Shown piece after piece: positions 41,099-51,557 of a stretch of 64,000 bases of DNA. Position 1 is the first letter of the stretch. Each line of letters begins with the position of its first letter. The position numbers were made by a program, and so were the translations under genes. Source of the DNA: an uncultured Bacilli bacterium (lineage in GTDB: Bacteria > Bacillota_I > Bacilli_A > RF39 > UBA660); the NCBI GenBank assembly GCA_905235045.1, contig CAJOJO010000009.1, positions 4,241-68,240 on the forward strand. The letters run 5' to 3'. The notes beneath the pieces were generated by a model that worked only from the letters and a program-made list of their open reading frames with translations, ran no database searches and was not told the DNA's origin.

Positions 41099-41356
41099 CT
41101 AACTTCCTTTCAAATATTTTTTTCTTGTCGATTCGCCACCTCTAATATGTTTTATACTCATATGATAATTTAATATTTCTTTTACTTTTAAAAATTTTGC
41201 TTTATCTATTTTTAATAATCTTTCACTTAAATCTTTATGAACGGTACTTTTTGAAACATTAAATTTTTTAGCAATCTCTCTTATAGTATGTCCCGTTTCT
41301 AAAATATAATTAGCTTCTTCTTTAATTCTTTCAACTTTTTTCAATCTAATCACCAT
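41099..41356 (-). CDS. spoIIID: Sporulation regulator SpoIIID
   Basis: TIREIAKKFNVSKSTVHKDLSERL...HIRGGEST. Confidence 0.93.
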   Translation of the reverse strand: MVIRLKKVERIKEEANYILETGHTIREIAKKFNVSKSTVHKDLSERLLKIDKAKFLKVKEILNYHMSIKHIRGGESTRKKYLKGS

Positions 41357-41376
41357 TAAATTATATTAAATAGCAA

Positions 41377-42266
41377 TTAAACTAATTCATAAGTTGTATT
41401 AAAGATTCTTGAATCAGTTGAATACTTTAATACAAATTGATTATTTTCTTTACAAATAATTATCCCAATTGTTTTATCATGAAATGGTTTTTTTATATTC
41501 TCATCTACATAATTAACATATTTTAAAATTTGTCCTAAATATTCAGCTTTATATTCGGTTACTTTAATTCTATAACTACAAAACAGTTATATTCATAATT
41601 AAATAATAACAAATCAATATAGTTATATTTATCACCAATTTTTATTTTGTATTCATTACCAACATAAGTGTAACCATCACCTAATTCTTTCATAAATGGT
41701 TCAATATCTTCTAAAATTAATTTCTGTAACATTTTTTCTGATATATTTTGATAGTTATAATTATTTTTAATTAGAATTGGATTTTTAATTGAGTCAGTTA
41801 TACTAGGTTCTTCTTGCTTAATTAATTTTTCTTTTGTTTTACTAGGTAATCTTTCATATTCATTTGACTTAATCCTTTTTCTTAATTCTCTTACAGATAG
41901 GTTTTGTTCTTCTGATATTTTTATATAATAGTTTAGCTTATTTGCATCTTTAATACTTAATAATTCATCAAAATGGCTCCATGATAATTTTGCCGACACT
42001 GTCGGCAATTTTTCTTTAGTCAAAAAATTATAGAATTTGCGTACTTTATATAGTAATCTTACACTATATTTTTTACCTAATTCACTAGTTAATTTTTTAG
42101 AATACTCTTTTATTATTCCTTCGCCATAATATTTACCAGCTTCAGAAAGTATTTTTCCTACATTATAATAAGTAGTTAAATCACTTTTATTTTTAGAATA
42201 ATCTTTTATTTTTTTCGTTAATTCATTATTAATTAGTAATTCTTTTATATCGCTATAATAGTTCAT
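41377..42266 (-). pseudogene. Second DUF1016/YhcG gene, frameshifted near 41560
   Basis: LSWSHF, IDLLLFN...VIELK* continues in another frame as VTEYKAEYLGQI...TIGIIICK...YELV*; consistent with loss of one A. Confidence 0.85.
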
Positions 42267-42331
42267 TAAATCATCTCCTATTATAATCTTACGATGCATT
42301 AATCAAAATTCCTGCAAAAAAAAGATGAAAA

Positions 42332-42955
42332 TTATATTTCATCAATTTTTTTATCATAATAATCTTCAGGGTTTACTAAATTGCCTTTAACAATAAGTTC
42401 AAAAGATAAACTTGATCCTAAGTCTTTATTTATCTTACTTACACCACTTTTACCAATGATCTCTCCTTGTTTAATAGTATCATCAACTTTAACATTAACT
42501 TCACCTAGACCTTGATAAATACTGATAATATTATTGTCATGACTTATTTCAACGACATTTCCTAGTAATTCATCTTCTTTAATGGTAATAACTTTACCAT
42601 CTAAGATAGACACAACATCAAAATTGTCCTTGCCTCCATATGTTACACCACTATTTTGCATATAAGTATTATCATACACAATAATTGAATTTTTCTGTGC
42701 TTCTTCTTCGCCTTGATAATCATAATAACTTAATAATACTTTGATCTCACTATCATTATATGGCCTACTTATTTTATAATCAGTCGAAATAACCGGAACA
42801 GTCTTATCAATCATTGTATCTGATACGTAGGTAACATCTTCTTTTAATGTTTTCTTGCTTAATAATCCTTCAATCATAAAAGAAACACATACAAGTAATA
42901 CAAACCCAACGCCATATAATAAGTAAATAGTTGATTGTCTAAGCTTTCTTTTCAT
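42332..42955 (-). CDS. spoIIQ: SpoIIQ-like degenerate M23 protein
   Basis: TM, YYD...TYMQNSGV-x-Y, LLGNVVEI-x-H; lacks M23 metal ligands; between spoIID and spoIIID. Confidence 0.8.
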   Translation of the reverse strand: MKRKLRQSTIYLLYGVGFVLLVCVSFMIEGLLSKKTLKEDVTYVSDTMIDKTVPVISTDYKISRPYNDSEIKVLLSYYDYQGEEEAQKNSIIVYDNTYMQNSGVTYGGKDNFDVVSILDGKVITIKEDELLGNVVEISHDNNIISIYQGLGEVNVKVDDTIKQGEIIGKSGVSKINKDLGSSLSFELIVKGNLVNPEDYYDKKIDEI

Positions 42956-43000
42956 TTTCTCACCTCTAATATAAGTGTGAGCAAAAATAAATAATTTATA

Positions 43001-43879
43001 CTAAATTTTTTTAATTTGTACTCCTTGATAATAATATTTTAAAATTTCATCATATCTATATCCTTTTAAAGCTAATTCATTAGCACCATATTGGCTCATT
43101 CCTACTCCATGGCCATATCCTTTTGTTTCAATAATAACACTATCACTGGTTACTTCAATAGTTAAAAATGTTGATTTTAAATTTAACTTCTTTATAAAAT
43201 CATCACTAGCAAATATTTTATTATTTACTTTTATTTTTTTGCTTCTACCAGTAGAAGTTGTTTCAGTTATTTCAATATTTAAATTAGAACATTTGATACT
43301 TAATTTGTCACAAAAATCTTGTTTATCAAAATAATTTACTTCCCTAAATACCGGTGATGCTTGATCCCATGAAGAAGGAACACTTTTTAAATATGGTCTT
43401 TCTTCTTTAAATACTTCGTTTGAATTCTCTGTATAACCTGGTGATGTAGAAAAAAATAAAGCTTCTATTACATTGCCATCATAAACTAAAACTTGACCTT
43501 TTGTCTTATAAACAACATCTTTTATTTTTTGTAAATTTTTTAAATAATCATTTTTCCATTTTTCTTTTAACTCTTCATCAGTTAAATAAATTTGCGTTAA
43601 AGTATTATCAGTTACATCATAACTATTATTTTTTTTAATTTTGTAGATTGCATAACTGCGAGATACAATAGCGCCAGCTTTTAATGCTTCATCATTAAAA
43701 CTAACAGGTATTTCTCCAGCAACCACATGAACAATATATTCTTCTAAAGGAATAGATAAAATTTTATCGTTAGTTTTTACTTTAACTAATATATCATTAT
43801 CTTTTTCATAATAAAAAATATTTAATATAATATATGGTAATAGAATAATTAAAAAAATTATAAAAATTCCCTTTTTCAT
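43001..43879 (-). CDS. spoIID: Stage II sporulation protein D
   Basis: LEEY-x-x-x-VVAGE-x-P...EALKA...GYGHGVGMSQYGA. Confidence 0.93.
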   Translation of the reverse strand: MKKGIFIIFLIILLPYIILNIFYYEKDNDILVKVKTNDKILSIPLEEYIVHVVAGEIPVSFNDEALKAGAIVSRSYAIYKIKKNNSYDVTDNTLTQIYLTDEELKEKWKNDYLKNLQKIKDVVYKTKGQVLVYDGNVIEALFFSTSPGYTENSNEVFKEERPYLKSVPSSWDQASPVFREVNYFDKQDFCDKLSIKCSNLNIEITETTSTGRSKKIKVNNKIFASDDFIKKLNLKSTFLTIEVTSDSVIIETKGYGHGVGMSQYGANELALKGYRYDEILKYYYQGVQIKKI

Positions 43880-43947
43880 ATTATCACCTTAACTATTATA
43901 AAAAATAATTATATAAAAAATTGTCAAAAAAAAGAGTTAAATACTCT

Positions 43948-44145
43948 TTAAATAAAATTACTATTTAAATAAATATCATATAAGAAGTTAACTACTAAAT
44001 AAGATAAAGCTAAAGTTAAAAGAAAAATCAAAATTTTTGCTTGAAAAACATGATTTTTTTTAAATTTATTTTCTACTAATAAAGAATCTAATCCAATTAA
44101 TGATAAAGGAACAGTTATAATATATAAAATAAGTTTAATACTCAT
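43948..44145 (-). CDS. DUF1146/YwzB-like small membrane protein
   Basis: Two TMs, FKKN-x-V-x-QA...SYLVVNFL. Confidence 0.75.
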   Translation of the reverse strand: MSIKLILYIITVPLSLIGLDSLLVENKFKKNHVFQAKILIFLLTLALSYLVVNFLYDIYLNSNFI

Positions 44146-44557
44146 CTATTTTTCCTATTCTTCTTATGTGTCTTTCTTCATTAGAAAATTGAGTTTCTAA
44201 AAAAGTAGTAACTATCTTTTTTATTTCATCAATATCTTTTAAAGCTGATATTGCTAATACATTACTATTATTATGAAGACGAGTTAAACGAGCTTCTGAG
44301 ACATTATCAACTTTCGCGCATCTAATACCTTTTACTTTATTAGCCGCAATAGACATACCTATACCAGTTGTACAAATTAAAATACCTTTATCATTTTCTT
44401 TTATATCTTTACATACCTTAAAAGCATAATCAGGGAAATCTACCGAATCAGAACTATCACATCCATAGTCTTTTACTTCTAATCCTTTTTCCTCTAAATA
44501 TTTAATTATTTCTTTTTTTACTTCATAACCAGCATGATCATTTCCTATTAAAATCAT
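44135..44557 (-). CDS. rpiB: Ribose-5-phosphate isomerase B
   Basis: DHAGY, GILIC-x-TGIGMSIAANK, RH-x-RR. Confidence 0.93.
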   Translation of the reverse strand: MILIGNDHAGYEVKKEIIKYLEEKGLEVKDYGCDSSDSVDFPDYAFKVCKDIKENDKGILICTTGIGMSIAANKVKGIRCAKVDNVSEARLTRLHNNSNVLAISALKDIDEIKKIVTTFLETQFSNEERHIRRIGKIDEY

Positions 44558-44561
44558 TTTA

Positions 44562-45809
44562 TCACCTCTTTGTTTTTCTATATATATAATACATTAATTT
44601 ATAAATTGGGTAAAATAATTTATCCGTTACAATGTTAAATTCACCAATTAACTCAACTACTTTAGCGCCAAATCCTCGTTTAAAATTAAATAATCCATAC
44701 ATATCGCTATCTTCATTAAATTCACCAGTTATACCAAAAAAATTAAAGCATTCATAATTATTATTAATTGCATACTTAATCATTTCGTAGTTTAAAAAAT
44801 ATTGTCCATCATATTTCATAAATTCTTTATATGAAGCACCAAATAAAGAAATTACTTGTTTACCAAATAACATAAACAAACCACCAGCAACAACTATATT
44901 AGTTCCGTGTTCTTTTATTAGTTCTTCATTTTCTTTTATTTTCTTCAAATTTGCTTCTACTTGGCTTTTATATTCATTAATAACATTTTCTTTTTTATGT
45001 TCTTTATTTAATTCTTTATCTAAGTTAGCTTGTGCTTTATTATATTTTTCTTTTAAACTTTTTAAATTTTCTTCTAAGTTTAATTCTACTAATAATATTT
45101 TAATATCTTTACCGAAGGACCTATACATTTCTTCATAATAACTTAGTGGTCGATCAATAAAACCTCTTCTTTCACTAGTATGTTCCATTAATTTTTTAAA
45201 ATCTTTTATCCTAGTTTCATCACATTCAACTAATTTTAAGCCATGCTTATAAGAATTATTAATACTCCATCTTGTTGTGCCACGCATATTAGCAAGGATT
45301 TCTTCTTCGGTTTTATTTTTTAAGTCTAAAACAGACAGCCATCTTGGTTCAATATCAAGACCATAATTAATTGTAAAACCATTATGTTTAAAACCTATCT
45401 TTTTAAGTTTTTGAATAATTTCATCATTTTTAAATCCATTTTCTACTATATTACCATCAATATCTCTTTCTTGATAAGGAACATATGGATTAATTTTTAA
45501 AAATATACCATGTTTCTTTTTAACAAATTTAATAACTTGTTTACTAAAATCTTCCAAAAAAGTATCGCTCTTATAATTAACTAGAAATCCTCTTGGAGCA
45601 TAAAATATATATTTATGAAAAACCGGTATTTTTTTAGCTAAAAGTAAAGTCGCTCCTTTTATATCATATCCTTCTTTAATACCAACAATATAAGGAATCC
45701 AACCATTATTTTTCTTTAATTCTCCCCACATTGAACTTTGAAAAAAAGTACTTTGATCATGTTTACGGGCAAACTCATTAAATTCCTCTATGCTTAAATA
45801 ATCTAACAT
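44562..45809 (-). CDS. FemABX/MurM peptidoglycan bridge aminoacyltransferase
   Basis: F-x-QS-x-x-W, YAPRGF, coiled arm, F-x-GI...GL-x-x-FKRGF...E-x-IGEF. Confidence 0.9.
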   Translation of the reverse strand: MLDYLSIEEFNEFARKHDQSTFFQSSMWGELKKNNGWIPYIVGIKEGYDIKGATLLLAKKIPVFHKYIFYAPRGFLVNYKSDTFLEDFSKQVIKFVKKKHGIFLKINPYVPYQERDIDGNIVENGFKNDEIIQKLKKIGFKHNGFTINYGLDIEPRWLSVLDLKNKTEEEILANMRGTTRWSINNSYKHGLKLVECDETRIKDFKKLMEHTSERRGFIDRPLSYYEEMYRSFGKDIKILLVELNLEENLKSLKEKYNKAQANLDKELNKEHKKENVINEYKSQVEANLKKIKENEELIKEHGTNIVVAGGLFMLFGKQVISLFGASYKEFMKYDGQYFLNYEMIKYAINNNYECFNFFGITGEFNEDSDMYGLFNFKRGFGAKVVELIGEFNIVTDKLFYPIYKLMYYIYRKTKR

Positions 45810-45902
45810 TATATCACCTTATTTATTATACTATATATTTTTTGTTAAGTCATTTATTTTTATACAAAAATAATGTATAATATTTAATGGAAAGGTGATA
45901 CT

Positions 45903-47447
45903 ATGGCTAAATCACGTACTAAAAATTCAATTATTAATTCAACAGCCTCAATAACTACTCAAGTTATTACCGTTTTAATGGATTTTGTCGTTAAGACTAT
46001 TTTTATTTCAATTTTAGGTAGTACTTATTTAGGAATTAATGGATTATTTTCAAATATTATTACGCTACTTTCTTTAGCTGATTTAGGTATTGGTATAGCT
46101 ATCCCATATAGTTTATATAAACCTTTAGCTAATAAAGATACCGAAAAAATTAAATCTTTAATGAAATATTATGCTAAAGTATATAATATTATTGGCTTAG
46201 TTGTTTTAGGAATTGGTCTTTCAATCACACCATTTTTACCACATATTATTAAAAATATGCCTGATGATATACCACATATATATTTAATATATATGATGTT
46301 TGTTACGCATTCAGCTTTAAGTTATTTATTTGTTTATAAAAGATTCTTAATTGATTCTGATCAAAAAGGATATATAGTTTCAAGAATTACGCTTATTTGT
46401 AATATTTCCCTTAATGTTGTTAGAGTAATAGTCTTATTACTTACAAAAAACTTTGTTTTATATTTAGCTTGTAGTATTTTATTTGTTGTTATCCAAAATG
46501 TTTGGTATTCAATTAAAGCAAATAAATTATATCCTTATCTTAAAGATAAAGATGTTAAAGATTTAAATAAAAAAGATTTAAAAGAAATTAATCGTAATAT
46601 TAAATCATTATTTATTTATAAAATTGGTAATGTTATCGCAAATGGAACTGATAATATTATTATTTCAAAATACATTGGTTTAATCACGGTTGGTTTATAT
46701 TCAAATTATTTACTAATAATTAATTCAATTAATAATGTTGTATCACAAATTTTCAATGCAATAACTTCTAGTATTGGTAATTTAATCGCTACTAATAATG
46801 AAAAAAGTAAAATGGTTTATGAGAAACTAAATTTCTTTAATTTCTATATTTATTCATTATGTGCGGTATGTTTATTTATTTTACTAAATCCATTTATTTA
46901 TTTATGGATTGGTCATGAATATTTACTAAGTGCGATTGTTTCAGCTTTACTTGCTCTTAATTTTTATACAGCTGGTATGGGATCAGTTACTAATTCATTT
47001 AGAACTGCTTATGGACTATTCTATATTGCTAAATTTAGACCTATTGTTATGGTTGTTCTAAATATTGTTATTTCAGTTATCTTAGTAGGTCCTTTCGGAA
47101 TAGCAGGAGTTGTAGCTGGTACCGTAATTAGTAGAATGTTAACAACTGCTTGGTTAGATCCATATATTGTTTATAAACATGGATTTAAAGAAAGTCCAAG
47201 AGATTACTATTTTAAATATATATTCTATTTATTAATCTTTACTGCATCAAGTGCTTTAATAAAATTAATAACTGATTATATTACAGTTAATAGTATTATA
47301 TCTTGGATTGTTATAGCGCTAATAACAATCATTATATATCACATTATAATTATTCTTATATTCTATAAAACAGAGGAATTCCAATTCTTCTATCATAAAT
47401 TGAAATTAGCAATTAAAAAAATAATGAAAAAATTAAAACATGCGTAA
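45903..47447 (+). CDS. Polysaccharide/oligosaccharide flippase (Wzx-like)
   Basis: SRTKNS, LGINGLF...LSLADLGIG...SLYKP, TDNIIIS, many TMs. Confidence 0.85.
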   Translation: MAKSRTKNSIINSTASITTQVITVLMDFVVKTIFISILGSTYLGINGLFSNIITLLSLADLGIGIAIPYSLYKPLANKDTEKIKSLMKYYAKVYNIIGLVVLGIGLSITPFLPHIIKNMPDDIPHIYLIYMMFVTHSALSYLFVYKRFLIDSDQKGYIVSRITLICNISLNVVRVIVLLLTKNFVLYLACSILFVVIQNVWYSIKANKLYPYLKDKDVKDLNKKDLKEINRNIKSLFIYKIGNVIANGTDNIIISKYIGLITVGLYSNYLLIINSINNVVSQIFNAITSSIGNLIATNNEKSKMVYEKLNFFNFYIYSLCAVCLFILLNPFIYLWIGHEYLLSAIVSALLALNFYTAGMGSVTNSFRTAYGLFYIAKFRPIVMVVLNIVISVILVGPFGIAGVVAGTVISRMLTTAWLDPYIVYKHGFKESPRDYYFKYIFYLLIFTASSALIKLITDYITVNSIISWIVIALITIIIYHIIIILIFYKTEEFQFFYHKLKLAIKKIMKKLKHA

Positions 47448-47459
47448 AGGAGAATTTTT

Positions 47460-47891
47460 ATGGATGATGCAATTAAAATGAGTATTGATGGCAGAAAAAA
47501 TGCAATTATAAACACCTATGAATTAAATGATCAACAAAAAAAAGAAGTTGATGATTTATTTGCCAGAATCGAAGCGTTAGGTAAAGAGTCAAAGGATAGT
47601 AGTGACTTTGAAACTAAACTTGCTAATAGTCCTTTAAATCAAGAATATATTGATTTATTTACTAAACTAGCTACTGATAATATTAGTAATGCGGCTACAA
47701 AAGACGATATAGTAACTGACACAGCAAAATCTGTTATAAGAAAAGCAGTAGGTAATGAAATACCAACTACTAAAGCAGCTGCCCATCAAAAAGTTTATGA
47801 TGCTGCCCGTGATATACCGGGTGTTGGCGAAGTACTAGAAATAAAACAATATGCCGATTTATTTGGTAGTTTTAGAAAAAAAGATGAATAA
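47460..47891 (+). CDS. Hypothetical protein
   Basis: 143-aa ORF with AGGAG RBS. Confidence 0.75.
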   Translation: MDDAIKMSIDGRKNAIINTYELNDQQKKEVDDLFARIEALGKESKDSSDFETKLANSPLNQEYIDLFTKLATDNISNAATKDDIVTDTAKSVIRKAVGNEIPTTKAAAHQKVYDAARDIPGVGEVLEIKQYADLFGSFRKKDE

Positions 47892-47909
47892 AAAAATAGT
47901 CTTAAACGA

Positions 47910-48116
47910 CTATTTTTTATTAAATCCATATTTTTGGTTGAACTTTTCAACACGTCCTGTTTTAGCTACAGCTCCTTGTACACCTGTATAAAATGGATGA
48001 CATTTGTTACAAGTTTCTAAGTGTAATTCTTCTTTGTTAGATTTAACAGTAAAAGTATTACCGCAAGCACATGTTACTTTTGTATCAACATAATTTGGAT
48101 GAATATCTTTTTTCAT
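47910..48116 (-). CDS. rpmE: 50S ribosomal protein L31, Zn-binding type
   Basis: MKKDIHPNY...CACG...[10 protein letters not shown]. Confidence 0.96.
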   Translation of the reverse strand: MKKDIHPNYVDTKVTCACGNTFTVKSNKEELHLETCNKCHPFYTGVQGAVAKTGRVEKFNQKYGFNKK

Positions 48117-48124
48117 ATTACTAT

Positions 48125-48175
48125 CTCCTTCCGCCATGACAAATTCATGTCATAGAAATTTGTGCATAAATATTA
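48125..48175 (-). promoter_or_regulatory. Candidate L31 leader RNA hairpin
   Basis: CTATGACA-TGAATT-TGTCATGG stem next to the rpmE RBS. Confidence 0.4.
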
Positions 48176-48186
48176 TAACATATTTA

Positions 48187-48756
48187 TTAACATTTACAAT
48201 AGGTTTTTAGAACTTTTTTTACAATATTTACATCATTTTTAATAAATTCTACATTATATGAATCACAAATATCTTCTAATTTTATATTTAAATAATCAAT
48301 TAGTTCTTTATAGTACTCATTATCTATATTAATACCAATTAAATAAATTTTTTCCTTTGAATAAATTCTTATTAATTTAAGTAATTCCTCTATATCAGAT
48401 GCTACTTCATCAACATAATTATATAAGTCAGTTACTTTAGTGTTTTTAATTTTATATTCTATTTCATTATTACCAATAGAAAGTGTTATTAAATCAGCTT
48501 TAATTAAAATATTTTGAATATTTTTGTTATTAATTACAATATTATCATTAATGTCCCTTATTAAATCAGTTACCCTTAAATCTGTTTTTTGGTAGTTTAT
48601 ATATTTCTCCAATTTAGGAATTTCTTTTTTTATTAAGTTAGGATAATTATTTTCTTTATCCATTATATTAAAATAGTATATTTCTTTATCTTTATTAAAG
48701 TTATAAATTAAAAAGACAATTAAAAAAATTAAACCAATAGCTAAAATTTTTTTCAT
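48187..48756 (-). CDS. Membrane-anchored SGNH/GDSL-like protein, degenerate
   Basis: N-terminal TM, ADLITLSIGNN. Confidence 0.55.
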   Translation of the reverse strand: MKKILAIGLIFLIVFLIYNFNKDKEIYYFNIMDKENNYPNLIKKEIPKLEKYINYQKTDLRVTDLIRDINDNIVINNKNIQNILIKADLITLSIGNNEIEYKIKNTKVTDLYNYVDEVASDIEELLKLIRIYSKEKIYLIGINIDNEYYKELIDYLNIKLEDICDSYNVEFIKNDVNIVKKVLKTYCKC

Positions 48757-48795
48757 AAAACACCTCATAAAAAAAGTAGATTTAATCTACTTTAA

Positions 48796-50062
48796 TTATA
48801 TTTCTTCTAATGTTATTTTAGCACCAACATTAGATAATTTTTCAATTATATTTTCGTATCCTCTTAAGACATGTTCTACTGATTCAATTACTGTTTCTCC
48901 ATCAGCTATTAAACCAGCTAAAATCATACAAGCACCAGCTCTTAAATCTGTTGCGACAACTGTTTTGCCTTTAAATTTAGTTGGCCCATTAATATATAAT
49001 TTTTGTTCATCTAACTCAATATTAGAACTCAATATTAGCTCCCATTTGTTCTAAATAAATAACGTTATTAAACCTATTTTCGTAGATTGTTTCTTCTAGT
49101 ACTGATTCACCATTAGCCATACATAGTAAAGTGGTTATTGGTTGTTGTAAATCCGTTGGAAAACCTGGATATCCCAATGTTTTAATGTTGGCTGGACGAA
49201 TATTATCAATATGTGAAATAGTAACTGAATCTTTGGTTATTTGTAAATCAAATCCCATTTCAATTAGTTTTGTCATTAAAGATTCAATATGTTGAGGAAT
49301 AATATTTTTTATTGTTAAGTCTTTTCCTATTAAAGCTCCGGCTATTAAATAAGTTCCAGCTTCAATACGATCAGGTATTACTTCTGTATAACATCCATGT
49401 AATTTAGTAACCCCATATATAGTAATTCTACTTGTACCAGCACCTTGAATATTAGCGCCCATATTATTTAAAAAAGTTGCTACACTAACTATTTCTGGTT
49501 CTTTAGCAGCATTTTCAATAACTGTTTTGCCTTCGGCTTTAACAGAAACAAGTAATGTATTTATAGTTGCTCCAACGCTAGGCATATCTAAATAAATATT
49601 ATTACCCACTAGTCTTTCAGCATCAATTGTATATTTGTTATTTTTTTCAATAATTTTAGCACCAAGTAAACGAAAGGCTTTTAGTGTTTGATCAATTGGC
49701 CTACTCCCTATATTACATCCACCAGGAAAATACATTTCAACATGCTTATATTTACCTAATAAAGCTGACATAAAATAATATGAAGCCCTTAGTTTTTTAG
49801 AAATATTTTCTGGTATTTCTTTGTTTACAATACTTGATGAATCAATAATCATTGTTCCATCTTCTCTTTTTACTGTTGCTCCTAACCACATTAGTATTTC
49901 ATTTAAAGCATCAATATCAGATATATTTGGAACATTATCGATAGTAACAATATCATCAGATAATAGTGAAGCAGGTACTAATGCTACCGCACTGTTTTTA
50001 GCACCACTTATATTTATAACGCCTGATAATGTATTACCACCTGTTATTCTTATTTGTTTCAT
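48796..50062 (-). pseudogene. murA: UDP-GlcNAc 1-carboxyvinyltransferase split by a 13-bp duplication
   Basis: SGAKNS, PGGCNIGSRPID, PDRIEAGT and PGFPTD in 49022-50062; ATDLRAGA and RGYE in 48796-49032. Confidence 0.9.
49013..49038. repeat. Perfect 13-bp tandem duplication
   Basis: AACTCAATATTAG twice. Confidence 0.95.
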
Positions 50063-50070
50063 AAAACCTC

Positions 50071-50919
50071 CTAAGCTTTATTTAAACTACCCATTAATTC
50101 AATTTTATTTTTAATTTCTTTTTTCATTGCTTCTTCACCAGCTTTGATTATTTTTCTTGGATCATAAGCATTATTTGTTTTTATAAATTCACGTACTGCA
50201 TTAGACCAAACTATTTGTAATTCAGTATTTATATTTATTTTACAAATACCGGAATTAATAGCTTGTTTTATTTTTTCATCATCAATTCCTGAACCACCAT
50301 GTAATACTAATGGAATATTAGTTAGTTCAGCGATTTGTTTCATTTTATTAAAATCTAAACGTGGTTCGCCTTTATAGATCCCATGAACGCTTCCTAAAGC
50401 TGGCGCAATAAAGTCAATATTTGTTTCTTTATATAAACGTACTGCATCCTCTACTTTAGCATATGCAAGTTCAGCAGATATGCCATCTTCTGTTCCACCA
50501 ATATGTCCTACTTCTGCTTCTACTGTTACATTAAATTTTTTAGCATATTCAACTACTTCTTTTGTCATATTAATATTAGTGTCTAAGTCATAAGTAGAAG
50601 CGTCTATCATTACTGAAGTAAAGTCATTATCAATGGCTTTTTTAGCGTTTTCTACGCTACTACCATGATCTAAATGTAAAACAACTGGAACATGAATATT
50701 TAAAGATTTATCTAATTCTTTTACCATAGCTGAAACAACATTAAAGCCACCCATATATTTAGCTGCTCCTTCACTAACACCTAAAATAACAGGACTATTA
50801 TTATTTTCACATTCTTCTAAAATAAAACGAGTCCATTCTAAATTGTTAATATTAAAATGTGGGATAGCATATTTACCTTCTTTTGCTTTATTTAAAATTT
50901 CTTTTGCGTTTACTAACAT
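50071..50919 (-). CDS. fba: Class II fructose-1,6-bisphosphate aldolase
   Basis: FNINNLEW, LHLDHG, GSVHG, LVLHGGSG, KININT. Confidence 0.96.
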   Translation of the reverse strand: MLVNAKEILNKAKEGKYAIPHFNINNLEWTRFILEECENNNSPVILGVSEGAAKYMGGFNVVSAMVKELDKSLNIHVPVVLHLDHGSSVENAKKAIDNDFTSVMIDASTYDLDTNINMTKEVVEYAKKFNVTVEAEVGHIGGTEDGISAELAYAKVEDAVRLYKETNIDFIAPALGSVHGIYKGEPRLDFNKMKQIAELTNIPLVLHGGSGIDDEKIKQAINSGICKININTELQIVWSNAVREFIKTNNAYDPRKIIKAGEEAMKKEIKNKIELMGSLNKA

Positions 50920-50980
50920 ATTATCACCTATTATAATTATATTATTTTCCGAATTAAAAAGCAATTTACTTTTGTCTACT

Positions 50981-51511
50981 TTACACTAAATAAAAAAGAC
51001 CTATAATTATTAATGTAATACCTCCTATCAAAGTTGATATAGGTCCAACTCTTTGATTTATGTATTTACCTAATTTTAATCCTATATAAGTAAATAATGC
51101 ACTTAAAACAGAAAAAATTAAAGCTGATATAAGATAATTTTCGTATATTGTTTTTAAACTTAAACCTAGTGAAAAACTATCAATTGATACAGCAAAACCA
51201 AATATTAACATTTCCCATAAGTTGATTTTATTTATTACAGCATCTTCTTTAAATGACTCAATAATCATTTCAATACCAATTAAAAATAGAACAATAAATA
51301 CTAGGACATTAGTTTTAATTGATAATAAATTAATTATTTTTTTTCCAACTAATAATCCTAAAAGAGGCATTATAAGATGATATATTCCAACAATTATTGA
51401 TAAAATAGATATTTGTTTATTACTAAGTTTTTGTGTTCCATAAGCTAAAGCTAAACTAAAGGCATCCATACTAAGACTAATTCCAATGAGAAAAACTATA
51501 AATAAGGACAT
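50981..51511 (-). CDS. MntP/YtaF-family membrane protein
   Basis: SLSMDAF, H-x-x-MPLLG, AVSIDSF. Confidence 0.85.
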   Translation of the reverse strand: MSLFIVFLIGISLSMDAFSLALAYGTQKLSNKQISILSIIVGIYHLIMPLLGLLVGKKIINLLSIKTNVLVFIVLFLIGIEMIIESFKEDAVINKINLWEMLIFGFAVSIDSFSLGLSLKTIYENYLISALIFSVLSALFTYIGLKLGKYINQRVGPISTLIGGITLIIIGLFYLV

Positions 51512-51557
51512 AAAAAAACCTCCTATATTAGTTTATTAAGAGGTTTTAATTTTATGA

